This document shows positions 9,746 through 18,416 of a stretch of 64,000 nt of DNA, in pieces. The notes beneath the pieces were generated by a model that saw nothing but the letters and a program-made list of their open reading frames with translations, was not told the origin of the DNA and did no database searches. How positions within the stretch are numbered: the stretch's first letter is position 1; each line of letters opens with the position of its first letter. The stretch comes from Leptonemataceae bacterium (lineage in GTDB: Bacteria > Spirochaetota > Leptospiria > Leptospirales > Leptonemataceae), in NCBI GenBank assembly GCA_965227295.1, contig OZ245742.1, positions 800,001 to 864,000 of the forward strand. The letters run 5' to 3'. The position numbers were made by a program, and so were the translations under genes.

Positions 9746-11374
9746 TCAATTGCGAGACATGGACAGCATGCCCACGATCATGGGCGTAATCTCCACGTTA
9801 AACATCTTACTGCGCATGGGCTCCGGCGCCTGCTGCTTTCCCCACTTAATGACCCGCAGCATTTTATCGATGTTCAGATCCACGCCCCTGGTCTTCGGCG
9901 AATGCAGCGCGACGATGTCCCGCGGCAGGTACTCCGCTTCACCGAGGATTTCAAAGATGCGTGCGGCGCCGGCCTGAGGCGGCATCGCGCCGCTTTCCAC
10001 CTGATCCAGCACCTCGCCGGCCTGCATCACCAGTCGCTTCGTAAATTCGGAGTAGGCACTGCTGTCCCGGAACATGGGCACCAGCTCTTGATTGCGGGTG
10101 GTAATGTACTTGATGACCAGGCCGAAGGCCCACAGGTCCTGGATCATGCCGAGGGCGGTCCAAACCATGATCATCGCGTTCCACAGCTCAGGATGTACCG
10201 TGGATCGATACATGTCGGCGATAAAGGCGTCCGTAGCATCCAGCGACTGCGCCAGTTTGTTCAGTCCGGCGAAGTCATCTTCCGAAAAGCGATTTTGCTT
10301 TAGAGCAGTATCCAGGCGATCCGCAATGAAGTGCACGAAATTCAGCGAGCTGATGAGCCCGGTGGAGAACAGGGGATCCACAAAGCCGTAGACGTTGCTC
10401 ATTAAGGCCCAGCGTTTACCGGCCGCGTTCTTTGCCGAGTACTGCAAACGTCCCGTCGATACAAAGGGACGCGTGGACTCCGCGTGACGCAGGTGTTCGG
10501 CGACGCTGGGAAATTGCTTCACGTATTTGAAGAACTCTTCTTCCGGACTCAGATCCGTGGGCGGATGCACGTTCCCGTCCAGAGTCACGCCCACGCTGCA
10601 CAGCTCGTTGCTTCCGTTGCGTCCGTCCTCGTTGTTGAACGGAATGATCCAGAACCAACCGCCTTCGAAGACGTGATGCATGGTACCTTCGTGCAAACTA
10701 CGCGACAATCCCTCGGAGGGGCCGATCTCATCGTACGCGGGGATATTCTTAAAGTGCGTGAAGATCGTGCGGGAGTTCGTCTTAAAACGAGTGGGCTCCT
10801 CCCGAAGATCGAGCATCTGGACGAGCTTCGAATTTTTTCCGGTACAATCGACGAAGAACTTTCCGGTAATCGTCCCTTTATCTTTCAGGCTTACCGTAAC
10901 CCGGTCATCGTCCAGATCAATGTCGGTAAGCTCCGTTTCTTCCATGTAATCCACGCCGTAGGATTGCGCGGTTTGTACCATGAAGTGATCGACCTGCTCG
11001 CGAAAGAAATGGCTCTCGCGGATGACGGGAAGCTCCGGCGGAATGAGTTGCCGGCCGTGATCCGCCAGTTGTGCCTGGCCGGGCTGATGGTAAGCGAAAC
11101 CGAACGAACGTTTGATGCCGCAGGCCTTCGCGAAGGCATGACGAGAGCGCGGCGGATTGGCCAGGTCCACCAGTTCCGGAATGTTGTAATGCTCTCCCAG
11201 GATCCACAACCAGATGGTACTCTGGGGTTGCATGGCTTCTCCCAGGGCGAACCGCGGATGGCTGCCCCGCTCGATCATGCTTACGGCATGGCCCTGCTTT
11301 GCCAGAATCGTGGCCAGAACACTGCCGGCCAGGCCCGAGCCGAGGACAATCACATCGGTTTCTCTATTCATCAC
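9746..11374 (-). CDS. Flavin-dependent halogenase, PrnC-like
   Basis: GSGLAG FAD loop, HPRFALGE, GIKRSFGF (Lys at the position I recall as catalytic in PrnC), GWFWIIPF (WxWxIP), GFVDPLFSTGL. Confidence 0.88.
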   Translation of the reverse strand: MMNRETDVIVLGSGLAGSVLATILAKQGHAVSMIERGSHPRFALGEAMQPQSTIWLWILGEHYNIPELVDLANPPRSRHAFAKACGIKRSFGFAYHQPGQAQLADHGRQLIPPELPVIRESHFFREQVDHFMVQTAQSYGVDYMEETELTDIDLDDDRVTVSLKDKGTITGKFFVDCTGKNSKLVQMLDLREEPTRFKTNSRTIFTHFKNIPAYDEIGPSEGLSRSLHEGTMHHVFEGGWFWIIPFNNEDGRNGSNELCSVGVTLDGNVHPPTDLSPEEEFFKYVKQFPSVAEHLRHAESTRPFVSTGRLQYSAKNAAGKRWALMSNVYGFVDPLFSTGLISSLNFVHFIADRLDTALKQNRFSEDDFAGLNKLAQSLDATDAFIADMYRSTVHPELWNAMIMVWTALGMIQDLWAFGLVIKYITTRNQELVPMFRDSSAYSEFTKRLVMQAGEVLDQVESGAMPPQAGAARIFEILGEAEYLPRDIVALHSPKTRGVDLNIDKMLRVIKWGKQQAPEPMRSKMFNVEITPMIVGMLSMSRN

Positions 11375-11383
11375 GGATCCTGC

Positions 11384-12217
11384 TCAGTTCGAATGATCGT
11401 AAGTTTCGATGACGACCGCGTGTTCGTGCTGTCCGCCCATCTGAGAACGGAAGCGATGAACGAATACGATCTCATCCGTTCCTTTACGCAGTTCGGTTTC
11501 AATCGTGAAGTCATCGTACAAATACAAGGGCCGGCTGAATTGCAGGTCGACCTTCGTAATGGAACGACCGAGCAGACCCTGGAGTTCCGGATGCCCTTGC
11601 AGCCCGGCGCCCATTTCGAGCAGAAGCTTCTCTCGCGCGGACGCCGCGAACACGCCGGCTTCGATGTACGACCATTGATCGGCCGCTTCGCAATCATGAC
11701 GATAGATGCGATGACTGACCGAAGAAGTCGCCACTAACTCGTGATTGCGCAGTTTGGCGATCTGCGGTTTCAATCTCCAGCTCACAATGCGTTTGGTGAT
11801 TTTGTCCGGCGGAAAGTAGTCCAGCACCGGCGAACCCACCGGTTCCGGTGAGGCGGCCCACTGGCCGTCTTCCAGTCGCAAAGGACAGCCCAGCATTTCC
11901 AGCGAGGCGAAATGACCCTGGCCGTTTCCGAAGAAGGCTTCCCCCCAGATCACCGTGCGTTTGTTTACGAGTTCCATTTCCGTGCTTACGTTAAAATCTT
12001 CGCTGTCAAAAAACGTGTGCGGCTTTAAGTAGCGAATCCGGGCCCCGAGCACGGCAATGCCGAACTGATCTTCAGTCAGCAGCTTCGGAAAACTCTTCAG
12101 ATGCGCCTTCACCGTCTGGGCCCAACTGCGCATGCCGATTTGCAGCACCGCCCGCGGTTGCATTTGATGCGAGTCGAACAGACTCGTGTCGTGGAGAACG
12201 TTCAGTGTAGTTTGCAT
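11384..12217 (-). CDS. Double hotdog-fold thioesterase-like protein
   Basis: Two repeats of a hotdog-type strand pattern (ARIRYLKP..F.VSTE and KVDLQFSRPL..FTIETE); HRIYRHDCEA resembles the thioesterase V.xxDxD loop. Confidence 0.6.
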   Translation of the reverse strand: MQTTLNVLHDTSLFDSHQMQPRAVLQIGMRSWAQTVKAHLKSFPKLLTEDQFGIAVLGARIRYLKPHTFFDSEDFNVSTEMELVNKRTVIWGEAFFGNGQGHFASLEMLGCPLRLEDGQWAASPEPVGSPVLDYFPPDKITKRIVSWRLKPQIAKLRNHELVATSSVSHRIYRHDCEAADQWSYIEAGVFAASAREKLLLEMGAGLQGHPELQGLLGRSITKVDLQFSRPLYLYDDFTIETELRKGTDEIVFVHRFRSQMGGQHEHAVVIETYDHSN

Positions 12218-12484
12218 TCAGCCCCCCGCGATCGCGGTAATAATGTCCAGCCTGTCGTTCGGCCCGACTCGATTCAGCAAGGCATCTTCCTGGATCTGCT
12301 CGCCGTTCAAGAACAGCCGGTGAATGGAACGTACGGTGCCGTCCGCCTCGAACAGAATCTTCTTCAGCTCCGGATACGTCTCCGAGAGCATCTCCAGACC
12401 CTGGGCGACGTTGTCGGCCTCGGTCATGTGGTTGCGTTGATAGTTGGTAAAACGCTGCAAAGTGCCTGTTACGGTGATGTTCAT
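12218..12484 (-). CDS. MoaD/ThiS-family ubiquitin-like sulfur carrier protein
   Basis: 88 aa, LFLNGE motif, C-terminus ITAIAGG ending in free Gly-Gly. Confidence 0.93.
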   Translation of the reverse strand: MNITVTGTLQRFTNYQRNHMTEADNVAQGLEMLSETYPELKKILFEADGTVRSIHRLFLNGEQIQEDALLNRVGPNDRLDIITAIAGG

Positions 12485-12524
12485 ATACTTGCTTCTCCCT
12501 GTGATCTTATGGTTGATTACTTCG

Positions 12525-13685
12525 TTAAATGAAATCGAAGAGTGTTTGCACGCCGGTATTGACTTCCAGTACGTCCTGCGCCCCGGCCCCGGGGATCATG
12601 CCGTAGCAATCACGCACGTAACGTTCAATGGGATTCGAGCAGAGATACGCGTTGCCGCCCATCAACTCAAAGGCCCACCGGGTTACATTCACGACGGCTT
12701 CCGTGCATTTGTACTTGGCGATGGACGGCGTATCATCAAAGGTCCCGTTCAACTCCGCCCCGGTAATCGCATCCAACGAGCCGTAGATCAGAGACTTCGC
12801 GGCCTCGTACTCCACGCGCATGCGGCCCAGCTTCGCCTGGACGGATCCCAGGGCCGAGATGGGCTGGCCGTGACGCACCGTTCGATTCAGGTGATCCACG
12901 CAGAGATGGATCGTGCGGGCCATGCGTCCCAGGGAAGCGGCGGCCAGCAGCGTGCGGCGCGGGTTTAAGAATTTCTGGACGTGCGTTAGTCCGCCGTCCG
13001 GAGCCAGAATTCTGTTTTGCGGAACTCTAACATCTTCCATGACGATCTTAGCGAGTCCGGCGGAGCGAAAGCCCATGGTTTCCAGCGGCACCAGACGCAT
13101 CCCCGGATCACCGGGTTCGAGCATGACCACGCAGAGTTCATCCGCGGCTTCATCGACGACGTAGGTCATGAAGGCGTCGGCGAGCATGCCGCCCGTCACC
13201 ATCACCTTCTCGCCGCGCACGACGAGGTCGTCGCCGTCTCGCTTCGCGACGCTTTTCAGATTCAGCCCGTCCGCGTTTTCGGTATAAGCGAACGAGGCCA
13301 GGGTATCGCCCGTAGCCAGGCCGCGAACGTAACGATCGATGAGATACTCATTGCCGGAGGAATGGATCATGTTCGCCACGGCGGGAAAGAGACTGATCGT
13401 CAGTCCAAACGAACCGTCATCGCAAATTCGTCCCATCCGCTCCAGCACACGCCCCCACTGCGCTGCCGTACAACCGCGGCCCCCCACTTCCACGGGCAAC
13501 GAGGCCCGTAACAGCTCGCAGGCTTCCGGCGTTTTTAACAGCGCGCGATCGAACGTTTCGCACTTTCGGTCCCGCTCCGCGCATGTGCGGGATACCTCCG
13601 CCAGGAAACTACCCGCAACGGAGTCTACCCACATGGGAATATCCTCTAACTGCTCGCCGATCGACTCTTGCATCTTAACGTTCAT
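12525..13685 (-). CDS. Acyl-CoA dehydrogenase-fold flavoprotein (atypical active site)
   Basis: PVEVGGRG, FAYTE, GEKVMVT, MGFRS, ELMGGNAY, IERYVRD motifs; no Glu at either canonical base position. Confidence 0.85.
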   Translation of the reverse strand: MNVKMQESIGEQLEDIPMWVDSVAGSFLAEVSRTCAERDRKCETFDRALLKTPEACELLRASLPVEVGGRGCTAAQWGRVLERMGRICDDGSFGLTISLFPAVANMIHSSGNEYLIDRYVRGLATGDTLASFAYTENADGLNLKSVAKRDGDDLVVRGEKVMVTGGMLADAFMTYVVDEAADELCVVMLEPGDPGMRLVPLETMGFRSAGLAKIVMEDVRVPQNRILAPDGGLTHVQKFLNPRRTLLAAASLGRMARTIHLCVDHLNRTVRHGQPISALGSVQAKLGRMRVEYEAAKSLIYGSLDAITGAELNGTFDDTPSIAKYKCTEAVVNVTRWAFELMGGNAYLCSNPIERYVRDCYGMIPGAGAQDVLEVNTGVQTLFDFI

Positions 13686-13890
13686 TTGCGGCTCCCATCC
13701 GAACGATGGCGCCGCGGTGTTGCTTTGCGAGAAGATTTAGCCGGACATAGTCGGAATCCGGAGAAACACTCCCCAAAGGAGAGAGTGTCGCGCGATTTGC
13801 TGCACCGGCAACGATTTAGATGCTGACGATTTCGGTGACCGGGGCGGAATACTGGCTGTAAAACTATATATGGAAGCAGGTTGGAGTAAC

Positions 13891-15051
13891 ATGAAATCAC
13901 AAACAGTCAACAAACCACTCATTGCGAGCGAGAGCCTGCCGGAACTGGAGCCCGCGGAGGTCCGCCGTTACGACCGGCACATTATTCTTCCGAACGTTGG
14001 CCGCGAAGGACAGCAGAAACTCAAGGCCGCGCGCGTACTGATCATCGGCGCCGGCGGCCTGGGCTCACCCATCTCCCTGTATCTGGCCGCGGCGGGAGTG
14101 GGAACGCTCGGCCTGGTTGACTCCGATACCGTGGACGAATCGAATCTCCAGCGCCAGGTGCTCTACGGTTCCCAGGACCTGGGACTTTCCAAAGTAGACA
14201 GAGCGGAAGCCCGTCTCAATCAATTGAATCCCCGGACGGAAATCGTAAAGTTCAAAGACAGACTGAGCTCGGCCAACGCCCTCGATATCATCGGGGACTT
14301 TGATCTGGTCGTGGACGGTACGGACAACTTCCCCACGCGCTACCTGGTCAACGATGCGTGCGTCATGCTGGGCAAGCCCTTCTGTTACGGCAGCATCTAT
14401 CAATTCGAAGGGCAGGCGTCCGTCTTCCATCACGCAGACGGGCCGTGCTATCGCTGTCTGTATCCGGAACCGCCGCCGCCGCACCTCGCCCCTTCCTGTT
14501 CCGAGGGCGGCGTGTTCGGTGTTTTGCCTTCGATCATCGGTTCGATCCAGGCCACGGAAGCGATCAAGCTCATCCTCGGCCAGGGAGATGTCTTGAGCGG
14601 ACGTTATCTACTCTTTGACGCGCTCTCCATGGACTTCCGGGAGCTCGCCATCAAACGTAAGTCGGACTGCGCCGTATGCGGGGATGCGCCGACGGTGACC
14701 GACCTCATCGACTACAATCAATTTTGCGGCCTGCCCCCGGTTAACACGGACCCGGGTTACAAAGAAATTACCGGCGCGGATCTCAGGACCCTGCTCGCCG
14801 AAACGAATCCACCGGTGCTGTTGGATGTTCGGGAAGACCATGAGCGCGCCGTGGCTCTCATTCCGGAGTCCATTCACATTCCCATGCACGACGTCGCGTC
14901 TCGCCTGAGCGAGCTGGACGCGCAGCGACCCACCGTCGTGCATTGTAAGATGGGCGGACGTTCCGCGAAGATTTGCGGTACGCTGCTGGCCGCCGGCTTC
15001 ACCGACGTCAGTAATCTCAAAGGTGGAATCGACGCGTACTACGCCGGGTAA
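13891..15051 (+). CDS. moeZ: MoeZ/MoeB-type ThiF adenylyltransferase fused to a rhodanese domain
   Basis: RYDRHI, GAGGLG, SNLQRQ, DGTDNF, CYRC and CAVC zinc site, C-terminal rhodanese HCKMGGRS. Confidence 0.92.
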   Translation: MKSQTVNKPLIASESLPELEPAEVRRYDRHIILPNVGREGQQKLKAARVLIIGAGGLGSPISLYLAAAGVGTLGLVDSDTVDESNLQRQVLYGSQDLGLSKVDRAEARLNQLNPRTEIVKFKDRLSSANALDIIGDFDLVVDGTDNFPTRYLVNDACVMLGKPFCYGSIYQFEGQASVFHHADGPCYRCLYPEPPPPHLAPSCSEGGVFGVLPSIIGSIQATEAIKLILGQGDVLSGRYLLFDALSMDFRELAIKRKSDCAVCGDAPTVTDLIDYNQFCGLPPVNTDPGYKEITGADLRTLLAETNPPVLLDVREDHERAVALIPESIHIPMHDVASRLSELDAQRPTVVHCKMGGRSAKICGTLLAAGFTDVSNLKGGIDAYYAG

Positions 15052-15077
15052 CCGGCGGTACGCGAGCCGCTCCGTGT

Positions 15078-16517
15078 TTAGAACTGAAAATAAATAAACT
15101 GCCCGCTCGCGTCGCCGTAGACCGTCACCAGGTAACCGACCACGAACGTGCCGACGAACACTAATACGTAACGAAGCACAGTTTGCCGGCCGAGCCATTC
15201 TTTGATGCCCGGGTAGTACTGCGGAATGTTAAACAACAACGCCGTAAGACTCAAGAGCAACGTGCCGTCGAAGGACCCCACGGGATTCGCGCGCTGGAAC
15301 GTGAAGATGCCGTAAAAGAGATCCATGGCCTTATCGAAACCCGGGGCCGCGAAGAACACGGCGGTGTAAGCAAACAACAGATACGTACGCGCGCCGCGCA
15401 AAAAGTTCGCCCAACGGGCGTCATCGGGTAGAATCTGCCAGCCGCGTCCCACCGTAAACTGTTCCCAACATAATATTAAGCCGAGCAGCACGCCCCATAC
15501 GAACATCGTCCAGGTGGCCCCGTGCCAGAGGCCGCCCAACGCCATAGTGATTAACACGTTAACATATACCCGGGACGGCCCGACCCGCGAACCGCCCAGC
15601 GGAATGAAGATGTAATCGCGCAACCACATGGTGAGCGTGATGTGCCAGCGTCGCCAGAGCTCGCGCATGGACTTCGCGAGGAACGGACCCGCAAAGTTTT
15701 CGGGAATCTCGTAGCCGATCATCTTCGCCATGCCGCGGGCCATGTCCGTATAGCCGGAGAAGTCGCAGTAGACCTGTGAGATGAAGGCAATCGGAGCGAG
15801 GATCAGGGCCGTGGCGTCGTACTCGGCGGGGTTTTGCCAGAGCGGCGTCATCACCATGCCGATGCGATCGGCGATCAGCACTTTCTTAATGACGCCCTGT
15901 AAAACCAGCAACGAACCGTTCAGCATCTTATCCCGGGACGGCTGCGGATTGTCGATCTGCGGAATGAAATCCGAAGAACGCATGATCGGCCCGGCGATGA
16001 ATTGCGGAAAGAACAGAATGAAAATGACGTACTTGCGAAAGGAAACGCCGGAACTAACGCCGTCTACCTCGGTCTCTTTGATCTCGCCGCGATACGCGTC
16101 GACGAGAAAGGCGACGATCTGGAACGTATAGAACGAGATGGCGATGGGCAACTCGATGCCGAAGTCGTAGTCTTCGATCCAGTTGCGCCGCAGGTCGGCG
16201 ATGTAAGGATCCCCGATGAGCACGCCGGCGGATTCTGCGAAGAAATAAAAATACTTAAAGAATGCAAGGTTCCCGATGTCTATGACCAGGCCCACGATCA
16301 ACGGCCACAGCATCTTGCGTTTCATAAGCAAGGCGCTGAGATAGTAGTTTATGCAGATCAGCAGTAGAAAAACGCCGAGGAAAAAGGGGCTATACCAGGC
16401 GTAGAAAATAAAGCTTGTCAGGATGATGAGAAGCTGCTTTCCTCGAACCGGCAACGGCCAGTAGAGCAGATAAAAAACAAAAAAGAGTACGAGAAAAACT
16501 GCCGAGTTGAACAGCAT
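15078..16517 (-). CDS. MBOAT family O-acyltransferase (AlgI/DltB-like)
   Basis: LPIAISFYTFQ, FFPQFIAGPI, YCDFSGYTD, WRRWHITL, GLWHGA motifs. Confidence 0.93.
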   Translation of the reverse strand: MLFNSAVFLVLFFVFYLLYWPLPVRGKQLLIILTSFIFYAWYSPFFLGVFLLLICINYYLSALLMKRKMLWPLIVGLVIDIGNLAFFKYFYFFAESAGVLIGDPYIADLRRNWIEDYDFGIELPIAISFYTFQIVAFLVDAYRGEIKETEVDGVSSGVSFRKYVIFILFFPQFIAGPIMRSSDFIPQIDNPQPSRDKMLNGSLLVLQGVIKKVLIADRIGMVMTPLWQNPAEYDATALILAPIAFISQVYCDFSGYTDMARGMAKMIGYEIPENFAGPFLAKSMRELWRRWHITLTMWLRDYIFIPLGGSRVGPSRVYVNVLITMALGGLWHGATWTMFVWGVLLGLILCWEQFTVGRGWQILPDDARWANFLRGARTYLLFAYTAVFFAAPGFDKAMDLFYGIFTFQRANPVGSFDGTLLLSLTALLFNIPQYYPGIKEWLGRQTVLRYVLVFVGTFVVGYLVTVYGDASGQFIYFQF

Positions 16518-16576
16518 TCTGCCAGAAAGGGCGCCGGGACATCGATGTCAATCAGGACCGCCTCTCCCCCACTTCC

Positions 16577-16876
16577 ATGCAAATCAAAAGAGAAGGTGAC
16601 ACAGTACACATTCGTTTCGAAGGCCCCGCCACCACGGAACTGGACCGCAACGAGCTGGATTTCCCCGACGACGGCAGCGTCCGTGAATTCAACCTGGAAT
16701 TCCGCGGCGTGAAACTCATCTCGTCCATGGTCCTGGCCAGCATGATGTTCCTCATGGACCGCCACCGCGGCAAAGCGAAGATCCGTCTCATGAATCTGGA
16801 GCCGGAAATGCGCAATTTGCTCACCCGCACCGGCCTGGGCTCCTGGCTGGAGATGGCGGAAAGCTCAGACAAATAA
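16577..16876 (+). CDS. Small STAS-like protein
   Basis: 99 aa; FRGVKLISSMVL resembles the STAS phosphoserine loop; RNLLTRTGL C-terminal motif. Confidence 0.65.
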   Translation: MQIKREGDTVHIRFEGPATTELDRNELDFPDDGSVREFNLEFRGVKLISSMVLASMMFLMDRHRGKAKIRLMNLEPEMRNLLTRTGLGSWLEMAESSDK

Positions 16877-16968
16877 TTCCCCGACTCACTACAAAAAAGC
16901 TGGTTTTCCCGGGCTGGAGTCCCATACTCTTCTCCACCGATATTGCAACATGGCGTAAGTCGACCGGT

Positions 16969-16986
16969 AATGAGACGCGTTCTCAG
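16969..16986. promoter_or_regulatory. Candidate Fur-family operator (aaTGAGA-N5-TCTCA)
   Basis: aatgagacgcgttctcag palindrome about 60 bp upstream of the Fur-family gene. Confidence 0.45.
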
Positions 16987-17045
16987 AAAAAATCTTGCCG
17001 CGAGCACGCTTTCAGGCTAACGTAGAACTATAGAGAGGATCAGCC

Positions 17046-17462
17046 ATGCACAGGGGAATCTTCGGAAAGACCAGACGGGAGATAGCCGCCATCCTGAGAC
17101 AATGCGGGGTAAACCCGACTACGCAACGTGTAGAAATCGCACATTTTCTTCTGCGTCAGCCCCAGCACCTTTCGGCAGATGAGGTACTTCAAGGCCTGAA
17201 CACCGAGTACGAATGCGTCAGCCAGGCTACGGTTTACAATACGCTCCGTCTGTTCGTGGAACGAGGTGTCATCCGCGAGCTGGTCATCTCACCGGATCGC
17301 ATCTATTACGACTCGAACACCTCGCTGCATCACCACTTCCTGGACGTCGAGACTGGCAGCATTCACGACGTCGACGCCGGACAGATCGCCCTGCCGGAGA
17401 TTTCCCTCGATGCGGAGATCGACGAGGTATCGGTGCTGATCAAAGGCCGGTTCAAGAAATAA
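17046..17462 (+). CDS. Fur-family transcriptional regulator (Irr/PerR-like, no Cys4 zinc site)
   Basis: TTQR, HLSADE, SQATVYNTL, YYDSNTSLHHHF motifs. Confidence 0.9.
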   Translation: MHRGIFGKTRREIAAILRQCGVNPTTQRVEIAHFLLRQPQHLSADEVLQGLNTEYECVSQATVYNTLRLFVERGVIRELVISPDRIYYDSNTSLHHHFLDVETGSIHDVDAGQIALPEISLDAEIDEVSVLIKGRFKK

Positions 17463-17495
17463 GGGCCGGACGACGGAAGTACTGCACGACCTCAT

Positions 17496-17714
17496 ATGCT
17501 CCAGAACATAGGCATCGATGGCGGCGATCTTGCCCGCGTCTTTCGCGCCCTCGCGAATCCGGCGCGTTTAAAAATTCTACGCATCCTCGGCGAAATCGAA
17601 GGCACGAAGTCCTGCTACTGCCTGAACTACGGTACCCTGCGCCAGTTTCGCGGCTGGATGAATACGTATCTTGCCGATCTCCCGGACGGCGACGACGATC
17701 CGCACTGCTGTTGA
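17496..17714 (+). pseudogene. ArsR/SmtB-family regulator with in-frame internal deletion of the HTH
   Basis: FRALANPARLKILRIL joins directly to GEIEGTKSCYCLN; the usual C.GE...SQ.T.S.HL segment is absent; ends in CC. Confidence 0.7.
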
Positions 17715-17734
17715 GCCGGGGCAGCTAACTTACA

Positions 17735-18367
17735 GTGAACGCATCCTTACGAGAGTATCTGAACGCCCGCGCCGCGGAGTTCGACAAGATTCCCGAGGAA
17801 CGCCGCTCGATTCTGGATCGCCTGGGCACATTCGCGCGCGAGCGTATTGCGGCCGGCGAAACGGCACAGTTGATCTTTATTTGCACGCACAACTCCCGGC
17901 GCAGTCACCTCGCCCAGGCCGCGGCGCTGTCCGCGGCGGAGTTCTCCGGATACAACCAGGTCGGCGCTACGCAAAACGTCGCGGCCTACTCCGGCGGCAC
18001 CGAAGCCACGGCGATGTTTCGTCGTTCCGTGGACGCACTGCGCGACGCGGGCTATCATATAACAGACGGTGACGGCGGCACCGATGAGAATCCGGTCTAC
18101 GTGATTGCCACGGGCGAGGACGACGCGGGCGTGCGTTTCTTTTCGAAGCGTTTTAATGACGCGGCGAACCCGCAAGGAGGCTTCGCCGCCATCATGACCT
18201 GTTCCCAGGCGGATGCCGAGTGCCCCTTCGTGCCCGGCGCCGCGGCGCGCATCAGTCTGCCGTACGAAGATCCCAAACTCTTCGACGGTACGCCGCGGGA
18301 GTTAGAGAAATACCAGGAACGCTGTCGGGATATTCATCGGGAGATTTTGTACGCGCTGCGAGTTTGA
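17735..18367 (+). CDS. LMW-PTP-fold arsenate reductase / protein-tyrosine-phosphatase-like protein
   Basis: FICTHNSRRS P-loop, SGGTE, TC..AD..CP, YEDP motifs; follows an ArsR relic. Confidence 0.85.
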   Translation: MNASLREYLNARAAEFDKIPEERRSILDRLGTFARERIAAGETAQLIFICTHNSRRSHLAQAAALSAAEFSGYNQVGATQNVAAYSGGTEATAMFRRSVDALRDAGYHITDGDGGTDENPVYVIATGEDDAGVRFFSKRFNDAANPQGGFAAIMTCSQADAECPFVPGAAARISLPYEDPKLFDGTPRELEKYQERCRDIHREILYALRV

Positions 18368-18374
18368 AGCATTA

Positions 18375-18408
18375 ACTCCGAAGACCGGGGCCCCTCGGTC
18401 CCCGGAGT
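18375..18408. repeat. Collapsed copy of the small inverted-repeat element (likely terminator-like hairpin)
   Basis: actccgaagaccggggcccctcggtccccggagt has the same ends as copies at 2958 and 40789; lies between convergent genes. Confidence 0.7.
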
Positions 18409-18416
18409 AATCATCT

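Noticed and set aside
12218-15051. Ordinary molybdopterin/thiamine locus, or an E1/ubiquitin-like antiphage system (CBASS/Bil type)
   Set aside because: No moaE/moaA/thiG nearby, and no E2, JAB or cyclase; the rhodanese fusion and biosynthetic neighbours favour sulfur transfer.
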